Shown piece after piece: positions 25,700-38,689 of a stretch of DNA of 64,000 nucleotides. A model generated the notes under the pieces. It searched no databases. It saw only the letters and a list, made by a program, of their open reading frames with translations, and had not been told where the DNA came from. Origin of the DNA: Octopus bimaculoides. Its lineage: Eukaryota. A program made the position numbers and the translations under genes. The stretch is from assembly GCF_001194135.2 (NCBI RefSeq), contig NC_068983.1, positions 152,548,422 to 152,612,421 on the forward strand, written 5' to 3'. Every line of letters begins with the position of its first letter. The stretch's first letter is position 1.

Positions 25700-26328
25700 G
25701 CATATATATGTATATATCTGTACATGTGTAGATATGTATATTTGTCAGCACGCGCATACACAAGCACACAGACAGAGACACACACACATACATACGTATT
25801 ATGCGTGAATACATGTATGTGTGCCTGAGTATATGTATCGAAAACATTAAAATGAAGATTAAAATTTGAAATGAGAAACGGGAAAAAGTAGAACAAGTAT
25901 AACGAAAGCAGTAAAAGAATGTACAATAAAGCAAAAGAAGAATAAAAAGAATATAATGAAAAAAACAACAACATAAAACAGAAAAGGGGAAAAACGGATT
26001 TAATTGAGAATTCTATTCAAGAATAGTTTTGGAGATAAACATTCTTAATTTCTTTGCTTTTAGAAGTTTATAAATGTCGATTGCTGCTGTCTGCTGGTGT
26101 CCTTTGTGTTAAGGTCTTAAAAACACAGACAAAAAGACCAAAAGACAAAGAGACAAAGAGAGAACCTTTATGATGGCTATTCAACTCGGAATTGTCAAAA
26201 AAGAAATATAAATCATAAAGTATAAAACAAAGACAAAAAAAAAATAATAATAACTAAAAATGAATAAATACGTATAATATTGATAGATAGCTTACCAGCA
26301 GATGTGAAAGGAATCAAGATAATACTTA

Positions 26329-26329
26329 C

Positions 26330-26394
<65 letters not shown>

Positions 26395-26426
26395 CAACTG
26401 TGATGCTGATGACGATGATGATGATG

Positions 26427-26466
<40 letters not shown>

Positions 26467-26480
26467 TAATAATAATAAAT
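26329..26480 (+). repeat. (AAT)n/(GAT)n microsatellite
   Basis: Read directly. Confidence 0.9.
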
Positions 26481-28773
26481 GATGGACATTACTTTATAAA
26501 TCAACAAATACAACTACGAAAATCTATGAAAGGAATCATATTTCGCATAGAAATTCCAAATGATGAAGAAAGCTAAGAATAGTAAAAAATATATAATCAA
26601 ACAAAAGAAATCATTGGAAGGAGAAGAAGAAGAAAATGAAAAGAATGTAATTCGAAAATAGAAGAAAAAGAAACGGGGGAAAAATCATAAAAGAAGAAAG
26701 AAAGAAGAATAGAAGATAAGAAGGTATGAGGAGGAGGGAGAGGAGGGTGACCAGGAGAAATAAGAGTTAGAAAAGACGAGATAAAGGGACCAACCCCAAA
26801 CCAATTTGGTTGCCAACTACACTCTTATGTGTGAAACAAAAGTTAGTACAGGCGTACACAAAGTATGTATATAGACTCTCTCTCCATCTCTCACTCTCAG
26901 CATGTGTGCATATATGTGTGAGTATATTATGTGCGTGTATATATATGTATGTATATATACATATATATATATTGGTCATTTAGAGAATTAACATATATAT
27001 ATATATATATATATATANNNNNNNNNNNNNNNNNNNNNNNNNNNNNNNNNNNNNNNNNNNNNNNNNNNNNNNNNNNNNNNNNNNNNNNNNNNNNNNNNNN
27101 NNNNNNNNNNNNNNNNNNNNNNNNNNNNNNNNNNNNNNNNNNNNNNNNNNNNNNNNNNNNNNNNNNNNNNNNNNNNNNNNNNNNNNNNNNNNNNNNNNNN
27201 NNNNNNNNNNNNNNNNNNNNNNNNNNNNNNNNNNNNNNNNNNNNNNNNNNNNNNNNNNNNNNNNNNNNNNNNNNNNNNNNNNNNNNNNNNNNNNNNNNNN
27301 NNNNNNNNNNNNNNNNNNNNNNNNNNNNNNNNTATATATATATATATATTTATATATATATACTCATTTATTATTTGTATCATATATATGCATACATATG
27401 TATACACACATATATATATATATATACATTCATACATATATGCATTATAAAGTTTCTGATTAGGTGACACAAACACAGACATTTTCAGCAGTTCAAGCGG
27501 AGGTTGGTAATATCAAATCACCAACATTGGTCGGTACTGTTCTCCTTTCATGTTGATACACTTATCTAATTACACGGTCAAATGGTCATTTATATTTTTC
27601 AGTTATTTTTTTTTTATATAAATATATTGCATTGATGGGTGATTCTGAAAAAGGTCAGAGGCCCATATGGCTTAAGAGATTATAGAGTACTATATATGTA
27701 TGTATGAATATTCATAGGAGTATCTATATATGATTCTAAATATATGTATGTGTACCTTTATGTGCATCTGTGTATGTTTGTGTGTGCACGTGTATGTGTG
27801 TATATGTGTGTGTATTATTCTTATTTATATGCGTAAATACAAATATACACTCATACATATGTATATGAATGCATATATATATGCAGACGTATAAATATAT
27901 GGGTATATAAACATATGTATATTGTATATTTATGTATGTATCTATGCCTATTTGGATCGGCTGTCACACACGCACATAGAGGCATGCAAATATACGTGTA
28001 TGTATAGTTGTATGTGTGTATCTACGCGGGTGATAACATTTTTATTGGAAGATATATGTACATATGAATATTTATATATGTGTCAAAAATATATCTGTAG
28101 AAAGTTATTGTTGCTTACAAACTTTCACACACACTCACTCATACATTTACATACCTAGACACATATTTATTTGCTTCTCCACGTATGAATATGATGCAAA
28201 TATCTAGTCTCCATATACTTTACTTTCTGTTACTTTTTCCATACGATATAAGTACTGCTCAGAGGAGTTCACAGTTTCTCCATTATATATTTGAAGCCAA
28301 GTATATATTGGAGTACATGCCTACACAAACAGACGCATATTTGCACATACTTAAATACATTTATCTATAAAGACTCTCATACATTTTGGTCTTTGCTCTC
28401 CTTCCCTGCTTTCCCACTTTCTATATATTAATCTTACTCTTTTTTCATTTCTCACTTTGTCGCACTCTTTATGCATATACACACACGGGACCCAGATAAC
28501 TGTGACAACTGTTGAAACTAGATCAGGGTAGCTGTGACTGATACGAGGCCGCAGGGGGAACACATCCGTAGATGAAGACGAGTTCAGTCATCGTTACCCC
28601 ACTGAGGTGAAGAGTATAGGCTAAAAGCCAAAACGCTTATGACCCTGAGATGCCTGTTGATGCCCACTATGTGAGGGTTTTCAGCATTGCGATGGATTTA
28701 CAAGAGCTGCAAAACCCCTGAGTAGCTCCTGCTGTCTCTTCGTGGGGATATGCATCTCTGATGCTTATTTCGC

Positions 28774-28829
<56 letters not shown>

Positions 28830-29660
28830 CTGAGATGCCTGCTAATGCCCACTATGGGAGAGTTTTCAGCATCGCGATGGATTTACAAGAGCTGTGGAGG
28901 GGTAGGAAAGAGAAGAAATATAAGGAAAGAAGAATATTTTAGGTAGTAAGTAAGGATACGGATAGAAAATTGTAATTAGCGATTAAGGAATTAAAAGGAG
29001 TGAAAAAATATTGTTGGTTTAATACGTAGTGGTAATGAGGGTAGATGAGTGGGAAAAATAATAAGTTATATAAGTATTATATTCTCGCTAACTGTACAAT
29101 ACTTGCCATCTCCATTAACAGAAATCTTGAGGTTCTCTGTCAATCACAGGTTATTGAAATTCATATAAGATATGAAGAAGTGAGATGACATTGATCCTTC
29201 GTTTCTAAAGCAAAATGAACGCTCACATTTCATTCCCTGTCATCAGATCGTAAAAGATAACATGTTTTTATTCGCATCAGATCGTAAACATGCTTTTATT
29301 GGCTTCAGACTCTTCTTATAGAGGAGAGAAGGCTTCCACTTTACCCTCTTTCTGACTAGTTGCCTCTGTCGAGGTACCCAGTTTTAATATATTTTTCGAC
29401 ATCCAAAGTCTTCTACCGAACACAATAATCCACTGTGACCACGGTTCACCTATGTACTAAGGTGATGGATTGTGATTCGTATGACTGCAAATCAATTCTC
29501 CTACTGGCTGTCGGTTCGTGTCACTGTTCACGGATGACGCTATCCCGCTGATCTCTGTCCATTGCTTTTGTAAATAATACAATTTCGGTATAAAAACTTG
29601 TAGAGTAAGAATAACATTAAGTAAATATGCAAATTGAATGACATATGTCAGTTAATAATG

Positions 29661-29853
29661 CTTTCAAATGTTGGGACAAGGTCAGCAATTTCAACGGAAG
29701 GTGCTGTCGATTCCATCATCTGAAGTATTCAGTTAGTATATATTTTATCGACCCCGAAAAATTGAAAGGCAATGTCGACCTCGGTGGAATTTGAACTCCG
29801 AACGTAGCGGCATTTCGCCCAGCATGCTAATGGTCCTGCCAGTTCGCTGCTTT
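29661..29853 (-). mobile_element. SINE family C with 17-bp TSD
   Basis: TSD TATGTCAGTT(A/G)ATAATG at 29644-29660 and 29854-29870; homologous to 9776-9989. Confidence 0.85.
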
Positions 29854-30948
29854 TATGTCAGTTGATAATGAAAAAGCTATTCTCACTTCTGCTTTAATTT
29901 ATTCATAACTATTGCATGCATAATGATATATATTTGTATTTACTCATACTTTATATANNNNNNNNNNNNNNNNNNNNNNNNNNNNNNNNNNNNNNNNNNN
30001 NNNNNNNNNNNNNNNNNNNNNNNNNNNNNNNNNNNNNNNNNNNNNNNNNNNNNNNNNNNNNNNNNNNNNNNNNNNNNNNNNNNNNNNNNNNNNNNNNNNN
30101 NNNNNNNNNNNNNNNNNNNNNNNNNNNNNNNNNNNNNNNNNNNNNNNNNNNNNNNNNNNNNNNNNNNNNNNNNNNNNNNNNNNNNNNNNNNNNNNNNNNN
30201 NNNNNNNNNNNNNNNNNNNNNNNNNNNNNNNNNNNNNNNNNNNNNNNNNNNNNNNNNNNNNNNNNNNNNNNNNNNNNNNNNNNNNNNNNNNNNNNNNNNN
30301 NNNNNNNNNNNNNNNNNNNNNNNNNNNNNNNNNNNNNNNNNNNNNNNNNNNNNNNNNNNNNNNNNNNNNNNNNNNNNNNNNNNNNNNNNNNNNNNNNNNN
30401 NNNNNNNNNNNNNNNNNNNNNNNNNNNNNNNNNNNNNNNNNNNNNNNNNNNNNNNNNNNNNNNNNNNNNNNNNNNNNNNNNNAAATTAAATGTGTATACA
30501 CAAATTAAACTGTACCATGGAGGAATGTAGTGGCGGACAGAAAACAAGACAGGAAAACAAACGGAAAAGGCTATACGGCCAGACGTGAAAAATTATGTGT
30601 ATGTGGAACGCTGTGAAGCAACGAACTGGAAGCGGGACGAAGTACTTCATTTATATATATATATATTTATGTATGTATGTGTATATGTACGTACATGCAC
30701 ACATATATTTGTGTATAATACACATTCTCGCACGCATAGCTAATATATTTGAAATTTCTATTACGTTATGGATCTTCTGTCCTGCTTCATATTTTAGACT
30801 AGGTTCATTTTTCCCCAGGTTGTTTCGACGAAAGTTGCTTGCTTTTGTTGAGCATAAAACCCACTGTCAGAGGGAATATAGTTGTAACACATGTGGCATG
30901 TTTGAAGTCAGACATTCGAGACAGTGCTGAATTCCCAAGCAAAGTTTC

Positions 30949-31260
30949 GTGGTAAGTTGCTTGCTTAACATCCACATGGTTCCGGGTTCAGTCCCACTGC
31001 GTGGCACCTTGGGCAAGTGTCTTCTACTATAGTCTCGGGCCGACTAAAGCCTTGAGAGTGAATTTGGTAGACGGAAACTGAAAGAAGCCCGTCGTATATA
31101 TGTATATATATATATAGTGTGTGTATATGTTTGTGCGTCTGCGTTTGTCCCCCCACCATCGCTTGACAACCGATGCTGATGTGTTTACGTACCCGTAACT
31201 TAGCGGTTCAGCAAAAAGAGACCGATAGAATATGTACTAGGCTTACAAAAATAAGTCCTG
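30949..31260 (+). mobile_element. SINE family A, lacking the distal tail
   Basis: GTGGTAAG...GGTTCAGTCCC...GGCACCTTGGGCAAGTGTCTT...microsatellite...GACCGATAGAAT. Confidence 0.9.
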
Positions 31261-31470
31261 ATGAATATATTTAGTGACATAATACATAAACGTATATATA
31301 TTCTTGTGATAAATATCGCAAATGCCTTAAGCAAATGTTTCGATGGTTACAATTATGCCTGTTGCATACACTATACTCGTCGTCACAAACAGAGTGTGTC
31401 TAATAACTGGAATAATGAATCGGTACTCTATAAAACTGTAGTTATTAAACTTTATTGTATATAACTTCAA

Positions 31471-31676
31471 AGGCGGTGAGCTAGCAGAATCGGTAACACA
31501 CCACGCAAAATATTTAGCGGTATTTCATCTGTTTTTACGCTCAAGATTCAAATTCCGCCGAGGTCGACTTAGCTTTTTGTGATTTCGGGGTGGATAAAAT
31601 AAGTACCATTCAACCAATAGGGTCTATGGAATTGATTTACCCATTCACCCGAAATTACTGGTCTTGTGACAATATT
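31471..31676 (+). mobile_element. SINE family C
   Basis: AGGCGGTGAGCTAGCAGAA...ATTCAAATTCCGCCGAGGTCGACTT...ATAAAATAAGTACC. Confidence 0.8.
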
Positions 31677-31716
31677 TGAAATCATTATACATTATTAATT
31701 CTGTATAATTTAAGGT

Positions 31717-31846
31717 TACTCTTTACTCTCTTTTACTTGTTTCAGTCATTTGACTGCGGCCATGTTGGAGCAGCGCCTTTAGTCGAGAAAATCGACCCCA
31801 GGACTTATTTTTGTAAGCCTAGTACATATTCTATCGGTCTCTTGTT
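31717..31846 (-). mobile_element. Family A SINE 3' tail, inverted relative to 30949-31260
   Basis: Contains the distal tail missing from the upstream copy plus a 45-bp exact inverted overlap with it. Confidence 0.85.
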
Positions 31847-32072
31847 TCCATTATTGAATATATAAATAGATAAACACACACACGCACGCGCGCACACACG
31901 CACGTGCACACACACGCACAAACACACACACATGCACACACATATGCACACGCACACATGCACACACCACTCAAGTATTGCACTCAAGATGGTGTCGATT
32001 AATTCCATTCTCCTTACAATTACTCATCTTTTACGTAAGTGAGAAACAACATAGTACCATTGTTTGGTTTGA

Positions 32073-32456
32073 TGTGTTGGTACTCCGTCGCTTACGACGA
32101 CGAGGGTTCCTGTTGATCCGATCAACGGAACAGCCTGCTCGTGAAATTAACGTGCAAGTGGCTGAGAACTCCACAGACACGTGTACCCTTAACGTAGTTT
32201 TCAGGGCGATTCAGCGTGACACAGTGTGACAAGGCTGGCCCTTTGAAATACAGGTACAACAGAAACAGGAAGTAAGAGTGAGAGAAAGTTGTGGTGAAAG
32301 AGTACGGCAGGGTTCGCCACAATTCCCTGCCGGAGCCTCGTGGATCTTTAGATGTTTTCGCTCAATAAACACTCACAATGCCAGGTCTGGGTATTGAAAC
32401 TGCAATCCTACGACCGGGAGTCCGCTGCTTTAACCACTGGGGCATTGCGCCTCCAC
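32073..32456 (-). mobile_element. SINE family B, full length, with 9-bp TSD
   Basis: TSD TTGGTTTGA at 32064-32072 and 32457-32465; homologous to 1073-1449. Confidence 0.9.
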
Positions 32457-32619
32457 TTGGTTTGAGAAACACGTTGCAAAAGTTATTATGAATGTTTCTT
32501 CCAGAAAAAATTAAACATTACCCAATGGACTATTTTTTATCCCTTCTTGAGCCTAATTCCGGGTTGGTTTGCCGAGGTGGGTTTAATTGTAATGGATTTC
32601 AACTGAGGTTTTTTGTCCT

Positions 32620-33230
32620 TAGGGGTTTTGCTAAAATCCCAACCTTCCGCAACTCCGCTCTGGTCCCGTCATCTGGATCAGCATTATAACTAGTCCACCT
32701 ACAACCGAAGTCGCATAAATTTGTTTGAAGCTATTCTGTAGTTACACAACAACAATGACAGCAGTATAAAAAAAACAATAACATTATCAGTATTAATAAC
32801 AATGACGGCAAGAACAACATCAATAGAAACCTTTCAATACGTCTCACACTGTCCCCATTGTATGAGTCCTCTGCTACTCCTAGATTATAATACGTATCCT
32901 GTAGTTGTCTAGTATTTCTTTTTGAGTGTTCAGTGCTTTTTTGGGACGGCCTCCCATAATCTTGTTCTGCTTCATCAAAAGTCCAATGCACTCGAAACGT
33001 TTTCTCTCTAATTCTTTCACGATTTCTTTCTCAGACGATTTCAGTAGAATATGATTTAAGATCTGCCCACATAGAGCATTTGGGTCACAATGTTTCCATT
33101 GCTTTCTCGCATTTGATACTGCAATCAATTCTTCAGTCTTTTGACAAAAGCATCCCTATCCACTATGTAACATCCCCTTACATTTATGATATTTCTGGGC
33201 CGCATTGTAGCAGAGAATGGCTCCACCCCC
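32620..33230 (-). mobile_element. Possible Penelope-like 3' fragment (GIY-YIG-like C-terminus plus degenerate terminal repeat)
   Basis: RNIINVRGCYIVDRDAFVKRLKN (cf. YIGxTxRxFxxRxKxH), then QWKHC..ILNHIL..LERKRFE..ALNTQKE. Downstream CAGATGACGGGA...GGAAGGTTG resembles a decayed CTGATGA..CGAAACGTT motif. Confidence 0.4.
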
Positions 33231-35307
33231 ACTTCTCGTTTACATGAATTATTCACATTGCTTTTATTAGATAAATCTCTTCTAAACCTATCCTTCTTCA
33301 CTTCATCGTGCTATGAACGACGCTCAATTAAACGTCATGTGCGAAATTAAATACACTTGTATGAAAGAAAGACGCCCACCTTCATTGAAACTGCTACTTC
33401 TGTTACCTTCAGTGCTTGCTCTAGTAGTCTTTAGCCAACACACTCTACAATTTTTCTTCCTCCCTATTCTCTCTCTCTTTCTCTCTGTCTCCCTCTACAA
33501 GAATATATCCCGATATTTAGAAACACGCTAGGCTATATGCGATTTACAAAATGAAAATCTCACGGTATCAGCTATCATGCTATCTATCGCACTAAATTCC
33601 AGTATCTCAACAATCATGGACCTCTTGCAATATCTCTCTCACTTCATCGGTCACCAGATCAGCTGCAAAAGCTAGTTTTCATTATCATCATCTGAAAACA
33701 TTTCAGTTTGAGAACAGTCGCTAGCCAACTATAAAACAAAATTACTATCCTCCTTGCAGTTATCAAAACAATTCCGAAACATCTCTACGATATACAAATA
33801 TAAAATCACAAAAAATGTCACAGCTTTGATTTGAATAAAAAATAGTCACAAAACTTCGTTGGAAAAAGTCACAGGAAATAAGCCTGTTTAGTGAAAATAA
33901 TGATATAGAATTTCATTAATTACTATCAAATAATAAAAAGATAATGTGTTGAGTCGCTTCTTAACTGTCAATGCATGTTTTGTACACAATTGGTATAAAG
34001 AATATGGGAAACAGTCCTTTCTTTCAATGTCTTGAAATAATTAAATAAAAAATGAAATTAAGTTATTAAAGATTTCCTATGGCGTCTATGATATATTTCT
34101 GGTGATATGTTTTCCTAGATTAGCGTCGACTATGAACCAACAAGCGTGTTCTTTCTAGGTATCTTTTCTTGTATTGTTCGAAGGGCTCTTATCTCTTACA
34201 ACTAGAAATTTGAATACCATTTCTGTCAATAGCTGTTATTGCCAGATTATTCCAATTGTCTCACTGCATAAATCCTGTACAATGTACTTTTCCAATTTCT
34301 TCTTTCGTTCCCATGAAACGGGATATAGTAGAATATTTTTCGGTGCAGAACTTCTCTATAAGTTCAAACTTATTATAAGCAACATCTTAGTCATCGGAAG
34401 TACCAGCAAATATCATGGACACGGAACATTAAAGCTTATAGAAATTGCATGGAGATACAAGCACAAACTCTCTTACCATTGATTCGATAGCAAAACAGAT
34501 TTTTTTTTTTGAAAATATAAGTATCTATTTCAGGAGACGCGGAAGAGAATTCCGTACACGTTTCTTTATTGTCAATCGCATTGCTCAAATGCTAAAGAGT
34601 TTTTGCTTTATAGTATCTATCAACGTTTGCAGTTAAATTTGAGCATATAATTGAAAGAAGATACGTTTATAGAAGATGCGAAGCAGTAGGCTAATTAGAT
34701 AGGTTGCTGCTTTATAATGAAGATACATGCGTCGCCAAGCTATTTGATAAACAGCCAAATATGAATCTAAGTTTTTTGAAATTATATTTACAAGCAAGAA
34801 AATATAGTGCAACGTACTTTTACTGATCTAAATAGAAAGATTAATGTCTGCTTGCAGAAGGCATTGAATGATTTTCATTTTATTCTGGCTGAGAGGATGT
34901 TAACACTGTTTCCAGGATGAGTATTTAGAATGTTTAGTTAAATGAGCTAAACACTGTACTAGTATAGAATTGCCTGAGTATGCCGCATACACAAATTTAT
35001 TCGTAGTGGAATTCTTTGGGAGAATCAGATTAGTAAACTGTGGAAAAAAAGCTATGCATTTCAGTCTATCATATTTCCATCACATGACTTAGTACAAAAT
35101 AAAGATATGTCAATAGGTACTTACATAAGATACCACAGAGATGGATTGGTAGCGCGACAGTATGTTTCCGAAATGTGCTTCTTAGCCATTCGACCGTGTA
35201 AAGGATCATGCATGCATTGTGCATATATTTATGCACACATTTGGTGCCGCCCATATATATGATGATGTATATAGAATCGAGTCAGCTGCCAAAATTGAGC
35301 TATATCT

Positions 35308-35472
35308 GTTATTCAAAGGACCAGCCATATCATGTTCTGTGATATGCTGAATTTCCCTGAGAACTACGTTAACGGTACGCGTGTTTGTGAAGTGCTCAGA
35401 CTGCACATTAATTTCACGAGCCCGCTGATCGGATAAACTGGAATTCTCGTCGTGGTAACAGACGGAATGCCA
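35308..35472 (+). mobile_element. Degenerate 3' half of SINE family B
   Basis: TTCAAAGGACCAGCC...GAGAACTACGTTAA...TTAATTTCACGAGC...GACGGAATGCCAA. Confidence 0.75.
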
Positions 35473-35813
35473 ATTATAAATATGTTAAACCATGTGCCTG
35501 ACAGTTTTCTCGAAAGGTTGAGTGATACTATGTGTATGTGTTTATAGATTGATTTTTCACTATAGTCAGAAATTGAAGAAATATGTCTGGATATAGTCTT
35601 TTAACATGACATCAATTGTGGTTACTTTGAAAGACCAACTTGCAACCTATCATTCAACATTTCTGTATATTACTTATAATGATAACTGCTACATCTGATA
35701 CACACATACATGTTTGTATACGTATGTGTGTGTAAGGTTTGTATGTGTAGGTGTGAATAGATGCAAATCCTCATATAAGTGTGTGTATGTGTGCATATGT
35801 GCGTGCGTGCGCA

Positions 35814-35876
<63 letters not shown>

Positions 35877-36428
35877 GTGTATGCAATGTACGTGTATAGG
35901 TGTATATGTATTCTAACTTTTATAAGGAAAGGGTTGACAGTGACTTCAAAGTTTTAGAATGCTTTATTTGCTTCTTTTTGGTCATACTCTTCGGCAAATC
36001 GTGTTTTTGTGTGGGGAGCTATTTGAAGTATAATTAGATGTAGTCTTGGCAGACTGGAGAAGTGGTTGTGTAGGTAAAGGTGATAGAAGGAGTTGAGAGG
36101 AAAGTGTGGTTCTGTTGGGTGTGAGTTAATACAAAGTCGTGCCAAACAAATTTATTTAGGATGAGCTCATGACCGACCTTATGTGTGTATACATGTGTAG
36201 AATTGTGTATATATACAACCATATGTGTATACTTTCATTGGTGCGTATGAATACTTATATGTCTATATGTGAGTATACACGTATGTATATAGATGAATGC
36301 ATATGAACTTCTATGTGTAGAAATGCACATGTTTCACATGTATATATGTATATATATGTATATATATATACGTATATATATATATATACAATATATGTGT
36401 AGATGTATGCACAATATTTATGTATGTT

Positions 36429-36463
<35 letters not shown>

Positions 36464-37299
36464 NNNNNNNNNNNNNNNNNNNNNNNNNNNNNNNNNNNNN
36501 NNNNNNNNNNNNNNNNNNNNNNNNNNNNNNNNNNNNNNNNNNNNNNNNNNNNNNNNNNNNNNNNNNNNNNNNNNNNNNNNNNNNNNNNNNNNNNNNNNNN
36601 NNNNNNNNNNNNNNNNNNNNNNNNNNNNNNNNNNNNNNNNNNNNNNNNNNNNNNNNNNNNNNNNNNNNNNNNNNNNNNNNNNNNNNNNNNNNNNNNNNNN
36701 NNNNNNNNNNNNNNNNNNNNNNNNNNNNNNNNNNNNNNNNNNNNNNNNNNNNNNNNNNNNNNNNNNNNNNNNNNNNNNNNNNNNNNNNNNNNNNNNNNNN
36801 NNNNNNNNNNNNNNNNNNNNNNNNNNNNNNNNNNNNNNNNNNNNNNNNNNNNNNNNNNNNNNNNNNNNNNNNNNNNNNNNNNNNNNNNNNNNNNNNNNNN
36901 NNNNNNNNNNNNNNNNNNNNNNNNNNNNNNNNNNNNNNNNNNNNNNNNNNNNNNNNNNNNNNNNNNNNNNNNNNNNNNNNNNNNNNNNNNNNNNNNNNNN
37001 NNNNNNNNNNNNNNNNNNNNNNNNNNNNNNNNNNNNNNNNNNNNNNNNNNNNNNNNNNNNNNNNNNNNNNNNNNNNNNNNNNNNNNNNNNNNNNNNNNNN
37101 NNNNNNNNNNNNNNNNNNNNNNNNNNNNNNNNNNNNNNNNNNNNNNNNNNNNNNNNNNNNNNNNNNNNNNNNNNNNNNNNNNNNNNNNNNNNNNNNNNNN
37201 NNNNNNNNNNNNNNNNNNNNNNNNNNNNNNNNNNNNNNNNNNNNNNNNNNNTATTCCTATCTTCCTGTTTTCGATTTGACATTACTAATACATTCCCTA

Positions 37300-37690
37300 C
37301 TTTCATGTCACTAATTCCAGTTTCAGTCCCCCTTCATGGCACCTTGAGCAAGTGTCTTCTACTATAGCCTCGGGCCGACCAAAGTATTCTGTGTGGATTT
37401 GGTAGACGGAAACTGAAAGAAGCGTGTCGCATATGTGTATATGCGTATGTACGTATTTGGTTGTTGGTGTCTGTGTTTGTCCGTCTCCCCACTCTCATCG
37501 CTTGACAACCGATGCTAGTATCTTTACGGTCGGTAACAGAGAGGTTCGGCAACGGATGGGGGGGGGGCGTGCGATAGAATAAGTACTAGGCTTAAAAGGA
37601 ATAGGTTCTGTGGTCGATTTGTTCGATTACAACCCGTTTAGTTGGTGCTCCAGCATGACCGCGGTCAAATGACAGAGATAAGTAAAAGAG
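37300..37690 (+). mobile_element. SINE family A with tail
   Basis: GGCACCTTGAGCAAGTGTCTTCTACTATAGCCTCGGGCCGACC...GGTGCTCCAGCATGACCGCGGTCAAATGAC...AAGTAAAAGAG. Confidence 0.85.
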
Positions 37691-37904
37691 TTTGACAGGA
37701 GAGCTAGGAAGGAGAGATAATAACGTTCTGGTGTTCCCAAATCGACGGTGCACGTGCGTAGGTGTATGTAAGAGCGTGCAAGTATGTGTGTGTGGATATG
37801 AGCTAGTTACTTTGATGCGTGGATGTGTGCATCTGTAATGTGTGGGTGTGTGAATGATGGTGTGGGGGTGTGCGGATGATGGTGTGTAGGTGTGCAGATA
37901 AAGG

Positions 37905-38207
37905 CTGTGGCACCGAATGTACCAGTTGGTCCTATCAGTGGAACAACCCGCTTGTGAAATTGACTTGTAACTGGCTGAGTACTCCACAGACATGCATTCC
38001 CTAAACGTAGTTCTCGGGGAAATTCTGCGTGACAGAGTGTGAGAAAGCTGGCCCTTTGCATTACAGATACTACTCATATTCGCCAGCTGAGTGGGCTGGG
38101 ACAACATGAAATAAAGTGTCTTGCTCTAGGAAATAACTAGCATGTATCGAACCAATAACCTTAAGATTGTGAGCCTATTACTCTAACCACCAATCCATGC
38201 GCCTTCA
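37905..38207 (-). mobile_element. SINE with a different head/core (AGCAAGACACTTTATTTCA...CACTCAGCTG) joined to the family B 3' module
   Basis: The 3' module AAAGGGCCAGC..CACACT..GAGAACTACGTT matches family B; the 5' half does not. Confidence 0.7.
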
Positions 38208-38480
38208 TTTGTGAAGCCTAAAAGGCAACGCAATTCAGCTTTCTATAGAAAAAAAATGTCATGACCTGAATTTATACCTTTACATCCGCGTCTAATTGAA
38301 GCCCAAACTATAATCTGCAAATATATACTTTCCTCCTATCTTCCTTTCTTCACTTCCTACACAATCACTATCTACATACAGCACACATAATAAGCACTCA
38401 CATAACTCAAACTGTAACCCCACCCCACAAAAGCAGAGTCGTCAAAAGTTATGTAAAACGAAAAAGAAGCCAAGTGAATC

Positions 38481-38524
38481 ACAGTCTGATGAAGATCAGT
38501 AAACCGAAACTTAGTAGTCACTCT
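38481..38524 (+). ncRNA. Type I hammerhead-ribozyme-like motif
   Basis: Intact core: CUGAUGA 38486-38492, GAAA 38506-38509, GUC 38517-38519. Stem III is 3 bp (ACU/AGU, loop UAGU), stem I is AGU/ACU plus one further pair, and stem II is weak (one mismatch). Confidence 0.55.
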
Positions 38525-38689
38525 CTTTTTTTTTTCTTGCAAAAGTTAATAAATATTTACTGACTGTATTTAGTAATACTACAGTTTAATATTAAGTTAT
38601 TTCTATATAGAATTCAACATAAAAACATATATAAAACATATACCTACACATACATTCATATGTATGTGTGTATGCAGTCGTATGTGTAA

